This document shows positions 59,813 to 64,000 of a DNA stretch of 64,000 nt, piece by piece. Source of the DNA: Mytilus edulis. Taxonomy: Eukaryota. The translations under genes were made by a program, and so were the position numbers. The notes beneath the pieces were generated by a model. It was not told where the DNA came from. It ran no database searches and was given only the letters and a program-made list of their open reading frames with translations. The stretch lies in NCBI RefSeq assembly GCF_963676685.1, contig NC_092346.1, positions 5,766,001 to 5,830,000 on the forward strand, written 5' to 3'. Every line of letters starts with the position of its first letter. Within the stretch, counting starts at the first letter, position 1.

Positions 59813-62800
59813 TCATAGCAACAGCAAAACCTCTCAGTTTAAATCTTCAAAAAAATTGTTGCATAATATCTTAGATTGAGAGCTAACTGTTATATTGACC
59901 TATAATCCGACTTTACTAAAGAAAAAATAATGTTTAATCGATTTTAATCATTACAACATATAGCTTAATAAATGTTTATGCAATCTGTTACAAGAAATAT
60001 TACATTTTAATGACTTGCGCTTTTGACAACGTGTCATAACCTTGATAAATTTAACCTTGAAAAAAAATCAAAGCATAAACTTTTTACTATGCTTTTCACA
60101 ACTATTTTTCATACAATTTGTTGACAATTAAATCATTGCATTAGCACGCATCGACTCGTAAAAACAATATATTGAACGTTTCCCAATTGATTTCCTATTA
60201 TATTTGATAGGTTAAATGGAGGTCAGTCTAGTATTGAACTGTTAAACGTTGGATGATTACGTAGAGCTGTAAAGTAAATAGGTGTACTATTTCAAAGCTC
60301 GTAATTAGTAAAGAAAATCTATTAATCGTTTCAGGTTAGTATAGTATCCTGTCCTTGACTGAAGAAAAAAAAAGATATCATGTTTTATTATTTCTTTTCC
60401 TTTATAAAAACATATACAAAAAATAACATATTGTGATTGCCTTGGAAGGATTTTCTCATTAAGAAATGTATAATAACGTGAGAGTCTGATTAAAATAACA
60501 GTATTGAATATACTTATATATACAAGAATATAAAATCGTGTTAATGGCCATTGGCACAAGAAATGTATTCGACGATAGTACCTCGAATGTAAAAAAGTAA
60601 CGTTATCGGCAACGCTATCATTCTCCTGCTTTTTAACTTAATACTTATTTAAGTAAAAATCTTGAATTTAAGAAAACCAACTCCATTTTGGTTAGAATGA
60701 TAATATTTTTATTTAATGCAATAAGATAGATGTGTTATGTGAAAATTATATAAATTGCTTTTCTGTAGTTAAGAGGCTAGAATGTCTTGATTTTGAACAT
60801 ATGATTAGGAACTTCCCGATTTAAATTATCATTGTCGTTCGGTATTACTGTTATTTTACTTTTAATTTGAGTTATAGTTGAAGATAACAAACACAATCTA
60901 AAACCATGATATTTCTCTGGAAAATACAAAAAAAATCTTTGATATGCAAAAGCAAATTTGATGCAGCCTTAAAAATCGTTTGAAGTTAAAATAATTCTAA
61001 TTTTAGTTGGATATGATTTTGACATACGGAATAGGACTCTGAGTGAAAAATGCTATGCCAATGGGTCATGCCCGCCCCACATAGGCGAATGGGTCACAAA
61101 TACCCGCCCCACAAATGTAAACAAATATTAATAAATGGGTTGCTCCTTTATTGCCTTTCTTAATTAATGTTCAACGAGCTGAAATCCGAGAACATAAATT
61201 GTGAAAATAGCAATTTATACTTAAGGATTTATTCAATTTAAAAGATTGGAAATAATCATTAAAATGCTTTAAATAAGGTTGGGTCTGTTTTCCAATTTGT
61301 TTTGCTAGATGTGTAATTTGCATTAATCATGGAGAAAAAAAAATACACAAACAATATAACATACCTACGTTAATGTAAAACATCCACATACAGTTTGATG
61401 CTATTCAAACTTAAAATTATTCTGGTTCAATTGTTAGTTTTTGTGTGGTTTTTTTTTTTTTATCGTTCTTTGTTTTATTTAAACTAATGAATGATTTATG
61501 AAATAGGTAAGACTAACGTTCAAAATGATCTTTTTTAAAAATGTTAAATTTTGCATATTTTGCATATTTGAAATATTATTGAGATAAGTCCATCACGAAA
61601 CTACTATCAAGAATATACGAAAACGCAACTTTGGCCTTTGCAAAGAGACTTTTACTTATATTGTTTTATCCTAACTTGACAATTTATATTATTGTTACAA
61701 GTGGACCACTTAATACCATTTCAAAGAAAAAGAAAAAATATGAAAAGATATTATTCTGTGAATTTAAAATACGATTGATTCCCATGGGTATTATTTATGC
61801 AGCATGTCCTCTTCACAGATGCATATGAACTAACGACGCTTAGTTAATAACAAGATCAATACAATTAAACTAAAAACGCACTAGACAATAACACAATGCT
61901 AGGTCGCCGAGGACACGACACCGGTCAACAGAAGTGCAACTTGAAATTTGAGGCATGTTTTAATAGTTTAGAATTTTTAAAAGTAATTTTGAATGACGGC
62001 CACAAAAGATAAAACTGGGTAATTCAAATATCATTTTATTTCATCTACGAATGATGATTTAAATGTGGTCAGTAACGGGTCAGACCGCGGTCAGTGCCGG
62101 CTGACCGTAAATAAACCCTTCAACTTTATTTTTTATCGGGTCAATGCTGAATAACTTTGCAGGGAATTTATTTGCAGTTTCTAAATCCAGTCTCGCGCTG
62201 ACTGACTATAACAAGTGCGAGGACACGTGACCTTTGAATGCCCCCGTGTCTGTGCCATATCGATGTGCACTTTGATTGGCAAATGCAACTATTCTCGTCT
62301 GCTATTAAAACAATTTTCTTTGTTTCAGTTGACATGTATCGTCTTAAACTTCTTTTAACAGATGCTTCATTATTTTCTCACTGATTTCATTAACTATCCC
62401 CCATGTATGTTGGAATTATGTCGGAGAGAGAGGTTAGTGTGATTGATGTTTAATATGTAAGTAGGTATTTTAAACATTTAACCTCCGTATGACCTTGAAA
62501 GCTTAAAATAATATACAACATGCCACAAAGCAGATAATGTAATTATTTATTTGATCATTGATCATAAGATTCGATAAAAAAAAACAACGTTGGTATAGTT
62601 AATAGATAAGGCTCGTCAGGTACTTTTGATATTTAAAAAAAAATTCCCGATAAATTTTGCTTCCGTATCTTTGTCAAACTTCAATGCAAAGAGTTTTTCC
62701 TGTTTCCATTATCTGTGTAGAATTTACGTTTAAAGGAAAATGATATATAACAATTTAACAGATTGTTATCCGAATAATTTAGGTTTTTATTAGGCTTTTG

Positions 62801-63269
62801 AAAATGTCCGAGGAAATTTTTATGACAATACATCTCTTTAGAATAATATAAATGAAAAAAAAAAAGATTTGTAATTTTTCAACCATTTAATTATATCAGA
62901 ATTAAAAGAAAATCGTAAAATTTACGTTTTTTTTATATGTAGGTGCGTTAAGTAGTGCACCCACAAGGAACACACCATATGACAAAAGGCACTTCCGTAT
63001 CAAATTAAAATAATTAAGAACAGTCATTGTACAATACACTACATGTATACTAATATATATATATGTATTAAAGATATGTACACAGCCAAGTACCACCATC
63101 ATTGCTGGTGATCCGATGAATAAACCTGTTGTAGAGTTGTCACTGACTCGGGCGTACTTATATGTATTAATATAATGGTTTACTTTTTAAATTGTTATTT
63201 GTATGGAGAGTTGTCTCATTGGCACTCACACCACATCTTCCTATATCTAATTAAAGATATATAACCAAA

Positions 63270-63487
63270 AAAATACATATTACTTCCTATCACTACCTCA
63301 AATACATATTACTCCCTATCACTTATCACTACCCCAAATACATATTACTTCCTATCACTACCTCAAATACATATTACTTCCTATCACTACCTCAAATACA
63401 TATTACTTCCTATCACTACCTCAAATACATATTACTTCCTATCACTACCCCAAATACATATTACTTCCTATCACTACCCCAAATATT
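63270..63487. repeat. 29-bp tandem repeat, about 7 units (CAAATACATATTACTTCCTATCACTACCT)
   Basis: Direct reading. Confidence 0.95.
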
Positions 63488-64000
63488 TGTTAATATACTG
63501 GAAAATGAAGAATGTAGGCTCAAAATGTTCGGAACCGCTAACGTGAGAGTACCCAGATTACACATACATGTATTTTGACAGTTATTTCCCGTATGTTTAT
63601 TTAAGATATAGACAAAACTCAAAACGACCCAAGATTTTGTAATGAGGAGTCCCTTTTCTCCACGTATTAGACCAATTCGACATTTATTTTGTAGAAAATG
63701 ATGCCTCTGACATATGCACAATTTCAAATGTTGATTTTTGTGTGTGTATTTTTCTTTCGGGAAACATATACTTTTATATATAATGTGACCGTTATGTGTT
63801 TATTCAGATATACATGTATTAAACTCTTTTGAAAGACTTGAATAATGAAAAATTATTTTAAAAAATCTAATTATTTAGTTTCTAAGAGAACTTGTAAGAG
63901 TTCCGCTGCACTCCCTGTTTATTTCTTTGTTTTCTTTCACCAAAGCGCAGCGAGCCAAGCGTTTTAAGATCGAAATACACCATGGTATAAACATGCAATT

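Noticed and set aside
62329-62432. Possible plus-strand exon (TTTCAG ... GAG|GTTAGT)
   Set aside because: Such signals are common by chance in AT-rich DNA; no protein similarity recognised.

Overview
AT-rich, intron-containing animal genomic DNA. The repeat families suggest a bivalve mollusc, probably Mytilus-like (inference). Two spliced host genes sit head-to-head. On the minus strand are the first three coding exons of a xanthine dehydrogenase/aldehyde oxidase gene (ATG at 12357, running off the left edge); its 5.4-kb second intron is a U12-type minor-spliceosome intron. On the plus strand is a zinc transporter 6 gene (SLC30A6/ZnT6) with 11 in-phase coding exons at 15441-27078, an unresolved start codon and an unusual His-rich C-terminal tail. 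ZnT6 also carries a 4x60-bp tandem duplication straddling an exon/donor junction, which creates candidate in-frame 36-nt micro-exons, and an intronic inverted pair of Penelope-type hammerhead ribozymes. From about 27.3 kb onward I found no supportable host gene. That part is a mobile-element mosaic: an IS3EU-type DNA transposon with a SAM-like N-terminus and satellite-expanded TIRs, a decayed Tc1/mariner, Naiad-type Penelope-like retroelements, CR1-group LINE ends, TTAA-targeting MITEs, SINE-like repeats, satellites, and a local duplication that preserves empty insertion sites. Most ORF-track entries are artefacts of repeats or AT-rich DNA. All calls were made by eye without database searches.
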